Shown piece after piece: positions 17,933 to 27,658 of a stretch of 55,259 nt of DNA. Position numbers and translations under genes: made by a program. Each line of letters begins with the position of its first letter. Within the stretch, counting starts at the first letter, position 1. The stretch comes from Candidatus Pelethosoma merdigallinarum (GTDB lineage: Bacteria; Bacillota_I; Bacilli_A; RF39; UBA660): contig DVKJ01000009.1 in NCBI GenBank assembly GCA_018716065.1, forward strand, positions 1 through 55,259. Reading direction: 5' to 3'. The notes beneath the pieces were generated by a model. It had not been told where the DNA came from, ran no database searches, and worked only from the letters and a program-made list of their open reading frames with translations.

Positions 17933-19117
17933 ATGAAGAAAACAATAAGAGATTTTGATGTAACAAATAAAACAGTGATTATTCGTTGTGATTTTAATGT
18001 TCCAATGAAAGAGGGAGAAATTATCGATGATACCCGTATTAAAGCGAGTTTAGAGACGATTGAATATGCGCTTGATCATCAAGCTAAAGTGGTTTTAATG
18101 TCTCATTTAGGAAGAGTAAAAACAGAAGAGGATAAACAGAAAAATACATTAGAGCCAGTGGCTTTACGTTTAAGTGAATATTTAAATCAAGAAGTGATTT
18201 TCTGTGAGGAAACACATGGTGATTTATTGAAAGAAACGGTAGAAGGTTTATCTTCTGGTGAAGTTTTATTGATGGAGAATACACGTTTTGAAGATTTAGA
18301 TGGAAAAAAAGAAAGTGGAAATGATCCAGAATTAGGAGCTTTTTGGGCAAGTTTAGGAGATATTTTTATTAACGATGCGTTTGGAACCGCTCATCGTGCG
18401 CATGCATCGAATGTAGGAATTGCTTCGCACTTACCAAGTGGAGTTGGTTTCTTAATCGAAAAAGAATTAAATGTAATGGGTGAATCTTTAGAACATCCAA
18501 AAAGACCATTTGTTGTTATTTTAGGTGGTTCTAAAGTAAGTGATAAAATTGGTGTGATTGAAAACGTAGTTCATAAAGCGGATCACATTTTAATTGGTGG
18601 AGGAATGGCCTTTAGTTTTCTAAAAGCGAGTGGTATTGAAGTAGGTGGTTCCTTAGTGGATATGGATCATCTTGACTTCTGTAAGAAAATGTTAGAAGAA
18701 CACAAAGATAAATTAATTTTACCAATTGATGTTGTTGTTGGAAAAGAGATTAGTGAAGAGACCACTTCTCGTACTTGTTTTATTAATGAAATAAAGAATG
18801 ATGAAATGGGATTGGATATTGGACCTAAAACTGTTAAATTATTTGGTCAATATTTAGAAGATAGTAAAACCATTATTTGGAATGGTCCTGTTGGGGTATT
18901 TGAAATCGAAAAGTTTAGTGAAGGTACAAAAGGATTATGTGAGATCATCAGTAAACTAGATGCGATTAGTATTATTGGTGGTGGTGATACCGCTGCGGCT
19001 GTAACGACTTTTGGCTATAAAGAAGCTATGACACATATATCTACTGGTGGAGGAGCTTCTCTAGAATTATTAGAAGGGAAAACATTACCTGGAATTGCTT
19101 GTATTGATGAAAAATAA
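17933..19117 (+). CDS. pgk: phosphoglycerate kinase
   Basis: IIRCDFNVP motif and a full-length PGK. The start is trimmed to MKKTIRDF (ATG 17933). Confidence 0.95.
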   Translation: MKKTIRDFDVTNKTVIIRCDFNVPMKEGEIIDDTRIKASLETIEYALDHQAKVVLMSHLGRVKTEEDKQKNTLEPVALRLSEYLNQEVIFCEETHGDLLKETVEGLSSGEVLLMENTRFEDLDGKKESGNDPELGAFWASLGDIFINDAFGTAHRAHASNVGIASHLPSGVGFLIEKELNVMGESLEHPKRPFVVILGGSKVSDKIGVIENVVHKADHILIGGGMAFSFLKASGIEVGGSLVDMDHLDFCKKMLEEHKDKLILPIDVVVGKEISEETTSRTCFINEIKNDEMGLDIGPKTVKLFGQYLEDSKTIIWNGPVGVFEIEKFSEGTKGLCEIISKLDAISIIGGGDTAAAVTTFGYKEAMTHISTGGGASLELLEGKTLPGIACIDEK

Positions 19118-19129
19118 ATGGGAGGAACT

Positions 19130-20173
19130 ATGGTAAAGAAAATACAAAATAAAAATTTTAGAAATATATTTAATGCACTATTATTAATTCTTGTTACTGG
19201 TTTAGTTTTATATTTTTCTTTAAAAGATAATTTCTTTACCATTGTTCATGAATTATTAACGTTAAATCTATTTTGGGTATTAGTTGCCATTCTTGTTTTT
19301 GTGGCATCCATTATTGTACGTAGTTATAGTATGTATTTTATGGTTAAAAAGTATCGCCCAGAATATACGATTCGTCAAGCAAATCGCTTACTATTAACGA
19401 CGCAATTTTTTAATGCGGTAACTCCATTCGCAACGGGTGGTCAACCTTTCCAAGTCTATACCTTAAAAAAAGATGGGGTTCGTATTGCGGATGGAACATC
19501 GATTGTGGTTCAAAACTTTATTGTTTATCAGATTGCTTTAGTATTACTTGGAATATTAGCGGTAGGGTCTAATTATTTCTTTCATATTTTTAAAGCAAAT
19601 GTTTTACTACAAAGTTTAACAACGATTGGTTTTTTAATGAATACATTTGTTGCGATTGCTCTTTTAATGATTATGTTTGCCAAAAAATTCAATGATAAAG
19701 TCATTCGCTTTCTTTTGAATCTTATTGGTAAGCTTCACTTCATCTCCGAAGAAAAGAAAGAACAATTAAGAGAAAAATTAGAGAATACAACGCATCGCTT
19801 GGCTCATGGTGGAAAACGTTTATTACAAGATAAACGCATGTTTCTATCCACCATCGCATTAAATTTTATAGGACTTACTTTATTGTATTTAGTCCCACTC
19901 TTTGTCTTATTTGCAATGGGTGACTATACAAGTGTAAATCCATTTGTTTGTATTGCCTCATCTGCTTATGTCATGTTAATTGGTGCGTTTGTACCAATTC
20001 CTGGTGGTACTGGAGGATTAGAGTATAGTTATGTAGAATTTTTTGGTAATTTTATTAGTGGTAGTAAGTTACAAGCTTCGATGTTAGTTTGGCGTTTTGT
20101 TACTTATTATTTTGGAATGATTTTAGGAGCGATTGCTTTACAAGTTAAAACAAAGGGGAGAAAAGAATCATGA
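19130..20173 (+). CDS. UPF0104 / lysylphosphatidylglycerol-synthase-TM-region-like (flippase-like) membrane protein
   Basis: About 8 predicted TM helices, the PIPGGTGGLE motif typical of this family, and a GGGAGG SD before ATG 19130. Confidence 0.7.
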   Translation: MVKKIQNKNFRNIFNALLLILVTGLVLYFSLKDNFFTIVHELLTLNLFWVLVAILVFVASIIVRSYSMYFMVKKYRPEYTIRQANRLLLTTQFFNAVTPFATGGQPFQVYTLKKDGVRIADGTSIVVQNFIVYQIALVLLGILAVGSNYFFHIFKANVLLQSLTTIGFLMNTFVAIALLMIMFAKKFNDKVIRFLLNLIGKLHFISEEKKEQLREKLENTTHRLAHGGKRLLQDKRMFLSTIALNFIGLTLLYLVPLFVLFAMGDYTSVNPFVCIASSAYVMLIGAFVPIPGGTGGLEYSYVEFFGNFISGSKLQASMLVWRFVTYYFGMILGAIALQVKTKGRKES

Positions 20174-21417
20174 GAATTGGTATTTTTACAGACACATATC
20201 CACCTTATATTAATGGTGTTTCTACGAGTGTCGCTATGCTAGAACATGCCCTTCAAAGAGCAGGGCATGAAGTCTTTATTGTGACGGTAAACACCGAAAA
20301 TATGAGTTATAAATATGAAGATGAAGATCGTATTATTCGTATTCCTGGAATTCCTATTGGTATTTATGATTATCGTTTAACGGGAGTTTATCCTTTACGT
20401 GCGATTGATAAAATCAAAAAATGGAATTTAGATATTATTCATTCTCATACTGAATTTGGTGTAGGAACATTTGCCCGTATTTTGGCTAAACAACTAGATA
20501 TTCCATTGGTCCACACCTATCACACGATGTATGAAGATTACGTACACTACATTACCAAAGGGTATTTTGATAAGAGTAGTAAAAAGATTGTGGAATATTT
20601 AACAAAGTTCTACTGTGATAAAACTGCTACCGAATTGATTGTTCCAACAAAAAAAACATATGATTTATTTAAACAAAAATATAAAGTAGATCGTAATGTT
20701 CATATTATTCCAACCGGGATTGAAGTGGAGCGATTCTATAAAGAAAATATTCCCAGTAGTGAAGTTAAAGAATTACGAAAAAAATTAGGACTTACGACAA
20801 AAGATTTTGTTATTTTATTCGTAGGTCGTTTAGGAACCGAAAAGTCCGTAGATACCTTGATTGAGGCTCATTATAGTATTGTAAAACGTCATCCAGAGGC
20901 TAAATTAATCATCATTGGAGATGGCCCTGATGTGGATCAATTTAAAGATTTAACCGGAAAATTAAAATTAAATAATCATGTTATCTTTACTGGACGTGTT
21001 CCATGGGAAGAGATTCCAAAGTATTATCAGCTTGCTACAGTTTTCGCAACGGCTTCTAGTACCGAAACACAAGGGCTTACCGTTATCGAAGCCATGGGTG
21101 CTAGTATACCAGTAGTGTGCTTAGATGATGAAGCTTTTAGAACCGTAGTGATTGATGATTTAAATGGCTATCTATTCAAAGATAAAAGAGAATATCGTCG
21201 TATTATTTTAGATTTAATCGAAGAACCAAAACGATTAGAACGTTTACGAACACAAGCACGAATTACTGCTGATCAACATTCTAGTAAGTATTTCGCGGAA
21301 CAAGTTCTAGATGTTTATAAACTCGCACTAGGAAATCGATTAAAAGAAGAAGATCAGACATCTACATTCTTCCATCGAGCAAAAAATGTAATAAAGAAGG
21401 GGTTTTATGGAAAATAA
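20170..21417 (+). CDS. family 4 glycosyltransferase (glycolipid synthase-like)
   Basis: MRIGIFTDTYPPYINGVS N-terminus and the EX7E motif (ETQGLTVIEAMGAS). It overlaps the upstream gene by 4 nt. Confidence 0.8.
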   Translation: MRIGIFTDTYPPYINGVSTSVAMLEHALQRAGHEVFIVTVNTENMSYKYEDEDRIIRIPGIPIGIYDYRLTGVYPLRAIDKIKKWNLDIIHSHTEFGVGTFARILAKQLDIPLVHTYHTMYEDYVHYITKGYFDKSSKKIVEYLTKFYCDKTATELIVPTKKTYDLFKQKYKVDRNVHIIPTGIEVERFYKENIPSSEVKELRKKLGLTTKDFVILFVGRLGTEKSVDTLIEAHYSIVKRHPEAKLIIIGDGPDVDQFKDLTGKLKLNNHVIFTGRVPWEEIPKYYQLATVFATASSTETQGLTVIEAMGASIPVVCLDDEAFRTVVIDDLNGYLFKDKREYRRIILDLIEEPKRLERLRTQARITADQHSSKYFAEQVLDVYKLALGNRLKEEDQTSTFFHRAKNVIKKGFYGK

Positions 21418-22138
21418 AAAGATTATCGTCGCAAATCTTAAAATGAATTTATCAAAAAAAGAAATTGAAGAATATGTCGAACAAATTCAAACCATTCAGA
21501 CAAAAAGAGTCGTATTTTGTCCATCTGCTCTTTACATTCCTTATTTTTTGGGTTATGATTATGAAGTCGGTATACAACAGATTTCAGAGTATTCACAAGG
21601 AGCTTATACCGGGCAAGTCTCTAGTTCGCAAGCTGCAAGTCTAGGATTAGTTTTAACTTTAGTAGGCCATAGTGAATGTCGAAAATATTTTCACGAAACA
21701 GAAGAACAAATTCATAAGAAGATTGTTCAAGCGCTTCACCACAAATTAAATGTAATGTTGTGTGTCGGAGAAACCAAAGAACAACGTGATATGTTGAAGA
21801 CAGATTCTGTCATCAGAAAACAAGTGTTAGGTGCGCTTAAAGGTCTATCTAGTGAGGAATTAAATCATGTATATATTGCTTATGAACCAGTATGGGCAAT
21901 TGGAACTAATGAGATTCCAAGTAATCGAGATATTGAAGAAACCATTAAATTTATTAAACACATTGTAAAGAGTAAGTTATCATTTTCAGATATTCCTGTT
22001 TTATATGGTGGGAGTATTAATTCTAAAAATATCAAAACATTAAACAAAATAGAAAATTGTAGTGGTTTTCTAGTAGGGGGTTCTTCCTTAAAGGTAAAAG
22101 AATTATGTAAAATCATAGAAGTTGCTGTAAAAGAGTAA
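21407..22138 (+). CDS. tpiA: triose-phosphate isomerase
   Basis: ANLKMN, GHSECR and AYEPVWAIGT catalytic blocks. Confidence 0.9.
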   Translation: MENKKIIVANLKMNLSKKEIEEYVEQIQTIQTKRVVFCPSALYIPYFLGYDYEVGIQQISEYSQGAYTGQVSSSQAASLGLVLTLVGHSECRKYFHETEEQIHKKIVQALHHKLNVMLCVGETKEQRDMLKTDSVIRKQVLGALKGLSSEELNHVYIAYEPVWAIGTNEIPSNRDIEETIKFIKHIVKSKLSFSDIPVLYGGSINSKNIKTLNKIENCSGFLVGGSSLKVKELCKIIEVAVKE

Positions 22139-22176
22139 CTTCTTTTTCTTTAAAAAGAATAAGAAAGGGTGTTTAT

Positions 22177-22929
22177 ATGGAACAAATAAAAATATTAATG
22201 ATTGATGATAATGTAAGTTTAATTCAAATGGTAAAAGAATATTTCGACAAAAGTGATCAAATTGATATTGTTTTAGAAGCTCATAATGGTTTGGAAGGAA
22301 TGGATTTAATCACATCCAAAACAAACGAATTTGATTTAATTTTACTAGATTTAGTAATGCCTGTCAAAGATGGTATCTATGTATTAAAAGAAATGCGAAA
22401 ACAAAAGATTGATAAAAAAGTGATTGTAGAGACTAGTTATAATTCACCAGAAGTTTTAAGTGAAGTATCGAATTTGGGAGCCAATTATTATATTTTAAAA
22501 CCCTTTGATTTAGACGATTTAGAAGAACGTATAATTACGATTTTAAATAATGAAACATCTGGAAAAAATCTTTTTTTGCAAAGTCCTGATTTACATTCCT
22601 CTATTAGTAAGTTGTTACACAATTTAGGAATTCCATCTCATATTAAAGGTTATCAATATATTCGGGAAGCTATTTTTATGATTTATGAAAATCCCGATAT
22701 TATTGGTGGTATTACCAAAGAATTATATCCTACTTTAGCGCACAAATTTAAAACGACTTCTTCCCGTGTAGAAAGAGCGATTCGTCATGCGGTTGAGGTA
22801 AGTTGGAACCGTGGAAGTATGGACCTTATGGAAGAAATATTTGGATATAGTGTGGATATTGATAAAGCAAAACCAACCAATTCAGAATTTATTGTTACTC
22901 TAGCAGATAAGCTTCGTTTAGAGGTATAA
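22177..22929 (+). CDS. spo0A: sporulation master regulator Spo0A, paralogue 1
   Basis: Receiver domain (MIDDN, LILLDLVMPVKDG, ILKPF) plus the Spo0A-specific C-terminal domain ([44 protein letters not shown]). Confidence 0.85.
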   Translation: MEQIKILMIDDNVSLIQMVKEYFDKSDQIDIVLEAHNGLEGMDLITSKTNEFDLILLDLVMPVKDGIYVLKEMRKQKIDKKVIVETSYNSPEVLSEVSNLGANYYILKPFDLDDLEERIITILNNETSGKNLFLQSPDLHSSISKLLHNLGIPSHIKGYQYIREAIFMIYENPDIIGGITKELYPTLAHKFKTTSSRVERAIRHAVEVSWNRGSMDLMEEIFGYSVDIDKAKPTNSEFIVTLADKLRLEV

Positions 22930-22944
22930 TAGAGTTTCCGTTCC

Positions 22945-22951
22945 TTCGACA
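22945..22951 (+). promoter_or_regulatory. single 0A-box heptamer (TTCGACA) upstream of the second spo0A copy
   Basis: Exact complement of the TGTCGAA consensus, 44 nt upstream of a TATAAT (22995-23000). A single heptamer could occur by chance. Confidence 0.3.
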
Positions 22952-23041
22952 AAACTAGATCTTTTTAGCTATAGAAAAAGATTTTAAGAGAGAGTATAAT
23001 AAAATTACGTGATGCAGTAAAAGAATAGAAGGAGAGGTAAT

Positions 23042-23812
23042 ATGAATAAGATTAAAGTTCTTATGGTAGATGATAATATTAATTTAATTAATATGGTCAA
23101 GGAGTATTTTAGTGGTCACGAAAGTATTGAAATTAGTTATGAGGCACATGATGGAAAAGAAGGAATCGAACTGATTGAACAAGAAAAAGATCATTTCGAT
23201 GTTCTTTTACTAGATTTGATTATGCCAAATAAAGATGGATTGTATGTATTAAAAGAAATGAAAAAACGTAACATCATGAAGAAAACGATTGTGGAAACAA
23301 GTTATAATGCTCCAGAAACGATTCGTGAAGTTTCAGAAGCTGGAGCTACCTATTATATCTTAAAACCTTTTGAATTAAGTGATTTAGAAGATCGTATTAA
23401 AGACATTACCAATGTATATGAAAAAAATAAAGGAATTGATTTGTATCACTCTAATTTACAAATATCGATTACGAAAATTTTACATGAATTAGGTATCCCA
23501 TCTCACATTAAAGGATATCAATATATTCGTGAGGCCATTAGTATTTTGTATGAACGTCCAGAAACCATTGGTGGTATTACCAAAGAATTGTATCCAGAAC
23601 TCGCTACAAAATTTGGAACGACCGTATCTCGTGTAGAAAGAGCGATTCGTCATGCGATTGAAGTAAGTTGGAATCGAGGAAACTGGAGTTTAATGGAAGA
23701 AATCTTTGGTTGTAGTGTCGATATTGATAAAGCAAAACCAACGAATTCCGAGTTTATTGTTACCATCGCCGATAAATTACGTTTAGAAACTCATCAAAAA
23801 TTGTATATTTGA
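23042..23812 (+). CDS. spo0A: sporulation master regulator Spo0A, paralogue 2
   Basis: Same motif set as paralogue 1 ([67 protein letters not shown]), with its own AAGGAGAGG SD and -10. Confidence 0.85.
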   Translation: MNKIKVLMVDDNINLINMVKEYFSGHESIEISYEAHDGKEGIELIEQEKDHFDVLLLDLIMPNKDGLYVLKEMKKRNIMKKTIVETSYNAPETIREVSEAGATYYILKPFELSDLEDRIKDITNVYEKNKGIDLYHSNLQISITKILHELGIPSHIKGYQYIREAISILYERPETIGGITKELYPELATKFGTTVSRVERAIRHAIEVSWNRGNWSLMEEIFGCSVDIDKAKPTNSEFIVTIADKLRLETHQKLYI

Positions 23813-23895
23813 CAGAAAAGAGAATCTTCTCTTTTTTCTTTTCTTGAAAAACCATAAGAACTCTAGTATAATGTTAATCATAGGAGGGTATAGCT

Positions 23896-24330
23896 ATGAA
23901 AAAAGTTGTTCTGTTATCTTTACTTTTATCTATTGTTTTTATGACTGGTTGTGGATGTGATAAAAAAGAATCAAAAGAAGAACCAAATAAACAACCAGAA
24001 ACAGAAGAAAAAGAAGAAGCTAATCAACCAGAAGCGAATAACGAAGTTGGACAACTACCTGAAAAAGAAGTAAATGGTATGAAGTTTACCGGAGCGTCTA
24101 TTAGTTATGTAGATGATTTATCTACATTTGTGGCAGAAGTAAAGAATACAACCAAAGAAACCATTCCCATGGATGTATTTATGTTGAAGTTCAAAGACAA
24201 AGACGGAAAAGAGATTACAAGTGTTCCAGCTTATGTTGCAGATCAATTGGCTCCAGGAGAGAGTAAACAAGTAGTTGCGCAAATTAATATGGACTTAACA
24301 CAAGTATACGAAGTTGAATACGAATTTTAA
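23896..24330 (+). CDS. lipoprotein with an acidic linker and an Ig-like C-terminal domain
   Basis: Signal peptide plus lipobox LLLSIVFMTGCG, E/K/P-rich linker, beta-rich C-terminus. Confidence 0.7.
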   Translation: MKKVVLLSLLLSIVFMTGCGCDKKESKEEPNKQPETEEKEEANQPEANNEVGQLPEKEVNGMKFTGASISYVDDLSTFVAEVKNTTKETIPMDVFMLKFKDKDGKEITSVPAYVADQLAPGESKQVVAQINMDLTQVYEVEYEF

Positions 24331-24420
24331 AAAAAGTTGAGATTAAAAAAATTGGTAAGAAAGATTTTACCAATTTCTTTTTTGTCGTTAGATTTTAAAA
24401 TAACTTCTTGAAAATAATAA
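24329..24420 (+). repeat. copy A of a ~90-nt intergenic element (terminator hairpin plus flanks), paralogous to 54770-54870
   Basis: Shared blocks AAAAAAGTTGA, AAATTGGTAA..TTACCAATTT (10-bp stem 24349-24376), TTGTC, GATTTTAAA, AAAATAAT in the same order. Confidence 0.6.
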
Positions 24421-24530
24421 GAATAAGTTTCTTATAACAAGATATCGATAAATAAAGTATCTGCTTTTTTCAACTTTACAACCTGTTCGATATCGTGTAA
24501 AATGTTAGTAGAACATAAAGAGGTAAAAAT

Positions 24531-25925
24531 ATGAAAATAAAAATGGATAAAAAAAGTGTGATACAAAGCTTATATCGATTCTTATTAATTTTTAATATTC
24601 TTTTTATTGTGGGATTATGTGCATATTATGGATATCGTACGGTTTATTACTATGATTTAGAACACAATCCAAAACAACAAATAAAGTCTTTATCGGAAAC
24701 CATAACGGGAGAAGAACACATTGTATATGCAGGAGATGGATTGTATCCTGATGGAGATGGATATCGTTTTATAGGACAGAATGTTCAAAACTATGTTTAC
24801 TATTCTGGAATGTTATGGCGTGTCATTCGTGTAAATGAAGATTCTTCGATTACGATGATTACAGATGAAAACGTATCCTCACTTGTATGGGGATATGATA
24901 CCAATCAATTTGAAGATTCTTATATTAATGAATGGTTAAATCCTAAAGAGGGAGTTGAACACTCAGGATATTTCTATCAACACTTAAGTAATCCAGATAA
25001 TTTCTTAGTCACCCAAACAACTTGTGTCGATGTTCTGGATAAAGCGAAAGAAAGTTGTGAAAAAACATACACGAAAGGGAAGATTGGTTTACTTTCTACC
25101 AGTGATTATTTGAAAGCTGGAGGAACCAATAGTTATTTAAATAACCATACATATTTCTGGACAAGTAACGGTAGTGATGATGGAAAAGTGTGGTACGTAT
25201 TTGATAAAGGTGGATTTAACAATCTATCTTCTTCTGGTGATAATTATTATAGTTATGGAGTCCGTCCTGTTATTACCATCAATGGTAAAACTGCTTTAAA
25301 ATCAGGAACAGGTACTGTAGATGATCCATATATGATTGAAACATTAAACTATAAGAACTTAAAATCAAGTACTTCAGGACAATATGTAACCTATGCAAAT
25401 TCATTATGGAGAATTGTCGATGTCGAAGCAGACAAAGTAAAAGTAGTCTTAGAAGATACATTGAAAAGTGAAGAAGGAGTGATCAAAAAAGTATTTAGTC
25501 CAACAACCAATACGTATGATCCTACTAGTTGGAATAATATCGGATATTATTTAAATGAAAATTATGCGTCCACTTTAGATACAGCTACATATCAAGCAGA
25601 AGGTCCATGGTATACAGGAGCTTATAATACGGATACAAAGTTTGATTACAAACAGATTTATAGTACTTCTACCAATAGTTATATTGGGCTTCTTCACATG
25701 GGAGAATTATTCTTACATGATATTTCTAGTTTCACCACGTTAACTCCATCTAACACTTATGAACAAACAGTGATTACAGTGAATGAAGAAGGAATGATTT
25801 ATTCTGACTTAAGTACGAATGAATTATCGATTCGTCCGGCGATTTATTTAAAAAGTAATCTTTCTATTACAGGAGGAAATGGAATGAAAAATAGTCCATT
25901 TGTATTAGGAGGTCCTACACAATGA
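24531..25925 (+). CDS. membrane-anchored surface protein with two tandem 'LWR...VRP' modules
   Basis: N-terminal TM anchor. Module A runs from YVYYSGMLWRVIRVNEDSSITMITDENV to GVRPVITINGKTALKSGTGTVDDPYMI. Module B runs from YVTYANSLWRIVDVEADKVKVVLED to SIRPAIYLKSNLSITGGNGMKNSPFVL. Confidence 0.7.
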   Translation: MKIKMDKKSVIQSLYRFLLIFNILFIVGLCAYYGYRTVYYYDLEHNPKQQIKSLSETITGEEHIVYAGDGLYPDGDGYRFIGQNVQNYVYYSGMLWRVIRVNEDSSITMITDENVSSLVWGYDTNQFEDSYINEWLNPKEGVEHSGYFYQHLSNPDNFLVTQTTCVDVLDKAKESCEKTYTKGKIGLLSTSDYLKAGGTNSYLNNHTYFWTSNGSDDGKVWYVFDKGGFNNLSSSGDNYYSYGVRPVITINGKTALKSGTGTVDDPYMIETLNYKNLKSSTSGQYVTYANSLWRIVDVEADKVKVVLEDTLKSEEGVIKKVFSPTTNTYDPTSWNNIGYYLNENYASTLDTATYQAEGPWYTGAYNTDTKFDYKQIYSTSTNSYIGLLHMGELFLHDISSFTTLTPSNTYEQTVITVNEEGMIYSDLSTNELSIRPAIYLKSNLSITGGNGMKNSPFVLGGPTQ

Positions 25926-26944
25926 AAAAAACAAAGAAATATACAAAACTAGCCATTTTCCTCATTTTAATGGATGTATTTGCGATCACAGGATTTGTAT
26001 TAAGTTATGGACCTTGGGATTATCTTAGAAACTTACTCGTTACAACAGCGATGACAACCAAAGATCATAAGTATTTAGCCCATATCTTATATACCGATGA
26101 AATGATTAAAGAAATCATGAACAACAATTATGTTAAAGACAATGGAATGAGTACGAATGCGAGTGAAGTGACGATTGGACAAATCGAAGAAAAAAGTACG
26201 TATGATTCTATCTATGAAGAACAAATATTAAAACGAGATCCTGAACATGAAGATTATAAAATCATTCCTCTTAGTGGAAGTGGATATAAAGGATATATGG
26301 GTGTAATCTATGATCCTTCTCGTGTCTCTTTATTACTAGCCCCTAAATTTGGTCAAACAGGAGAGTTTTTACAAACTATGGCCAAAGATGCCGGTGCGAA
26401 ACTAGCCATCAATGCAAGTGGTTTTATCGATATCAATGAACGAGGAAATGGAGGACAACCAACAGGAACCATCATCAAAGATGGAAAAATCGTTTGGACG
26501 GGAAAATCTACCGGATATGTAGGTGGAATTGCTGGATTTAATAAAGACAATATTCTAGTTCTTACCCATAGTACAGCTGAACAAGCCGTTCAAGATGGTA
26601 TGCGTGATGCCGTAGAGTTTGGACCATTCCTCATTGTAAATGGACAACCTGCTATTATCAAAGGAAATGGTGGATGGGGAACGGCTCCTAGAACAGTCCT
26701 AGCGCAACGAAAAGATGGAATTGTCTTATTTGTCATTATCGATGGAAGACAACCAGGGTATAGTATCGGTATTAATATGCCAGACTTAGTCGACTTATTG
26801 CTTAAGTATAAAGCTTATAATGCCGTTAATTTAGATGGAGGAGCTTCTAGTTCCCTTGTTGAAAATGGAGAAATTATTAATAAACCATGTGCGATTAGTG
26901 TAACTGGAGAGAGACTCATCCCTAATGGTTGGATCTTTAAATAA
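25922..26944 (+). CDS. membrane-anchored phosphodiester glycosidase family protein (DUF2233 / NAGPA-like)
   Basis: N-terminal TM helix, INASGF and AVNLDGGASSSLV blocks typical of the family. ATGA overlap with the upstream gene. Confidence 0.7.
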   Translation: MKKTKKYTKLAIFLILMDVFAITGFVLSYGPWDYLRNLLVTTAMTTKDHKYLAHILYTDEMIKEIMNNNYVKDNGMSTNASEVTIGQIEEKSTYDSIYEEQILKRDPEHEDYKIIPLSGSGYKGYMGVIYDPSRVSLLLAPKFGQTGEFLQTMAKDAGAKLAINASGFIDINERGNGGQPTGTIIKDGKIVWTGKSTGYVGGIAGFNKDNILVLTHSTAEQAVQDGMRDAVEFGPFLIVNGQPAIIKGNGGWGTAPRTVLAQRKDGIVLFVIIDGRQPGYSIGINMPDLVDLLLKYKAYNAVNLDGGASSSLVENGEIINKPCAISVTGERLIPNGWIFK

Positions 26945-26971
26945 TAAAGGAAAGACTTCAAAATCTTTCCT

Positions 26972-27658
26972 TTATTTTTTGATATATGTTTTTTCTTTGT
27001 CTTGATTTAATAAATTCATATATTGAATATTTTCAACCATCGTTCTAAGATCCTTTAAGTTCTTAAGATCCAAAGATAAACGACTCATCTCATTGATAAG
27101 TTCATTTTTTGTATAATCGGTTTTAGCAGATTGGATTCTCTTCATTTTGTTTGATGTATTTGTCAAGATATTGGTTTTACTATATTCTTTTTCTTTTAAT
27201 AATTCAGAATCCATAATATCTTCTAATAATTCAATACGCTCTAATTTTGTTTCACATTCTTTTTTTACTTGATTCATAATGTATTCAACTGCGAAAATCA
27301 TTCCGTTTGAAAATACAAATAAAAGAATAAGGTCACTAATGGAAGAGTCTTGGTTAATGAAATATGAGAGTAAGGGACCACTGATTAAAGTAAAATTGAT
27401 AGGAATGAATGCTCCAAGAAAGGCTTTCGCAACTTTCCCATAATATTCTCTTTTATTTTTTAAACGAGATTTTTCTTCTTTTAAATAGTCTATTTGTTCT
27501 TTCATTATGTTCAAAATATTTTTTTCTCGTTCTTTAGAATATGGATAAGAAAAACTTTTACCAGATTTGAAATGAACGATAATTTGCTCTTGATTATCTG
27601 ATATTTCATAATAAGTAATATGATTATTAGGATCTTTGAAATCTAGTTTGTTATTCAT
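26972..27658 (-). CDS. hypothetical membrane protein (two central TM helices, coiled-coil flanks)
   Basis: 228-aa ORF. No motif recognised. Confidence 0.5.
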   Translation of the reverse strand: MNNKLDFKDPNNHITYYEISDNQEQIIVHFKSGKSFSYPYSKEREKNILNIMKEQIDYLKEEKSRLKNKREYYGKVAKAFLGAFIPINFTLISGPLLSYFINQDSSISDLILLFVFSNGMIFAVEYIMNQVKKECETKLERIELLEDIMDSELLKEKEYSKTNILTNTSNKMKRIQSAKTDYTKNELINEMSRLSLDLKNLKDLRTMVENIQYMNLLNQDKEKTYIKK

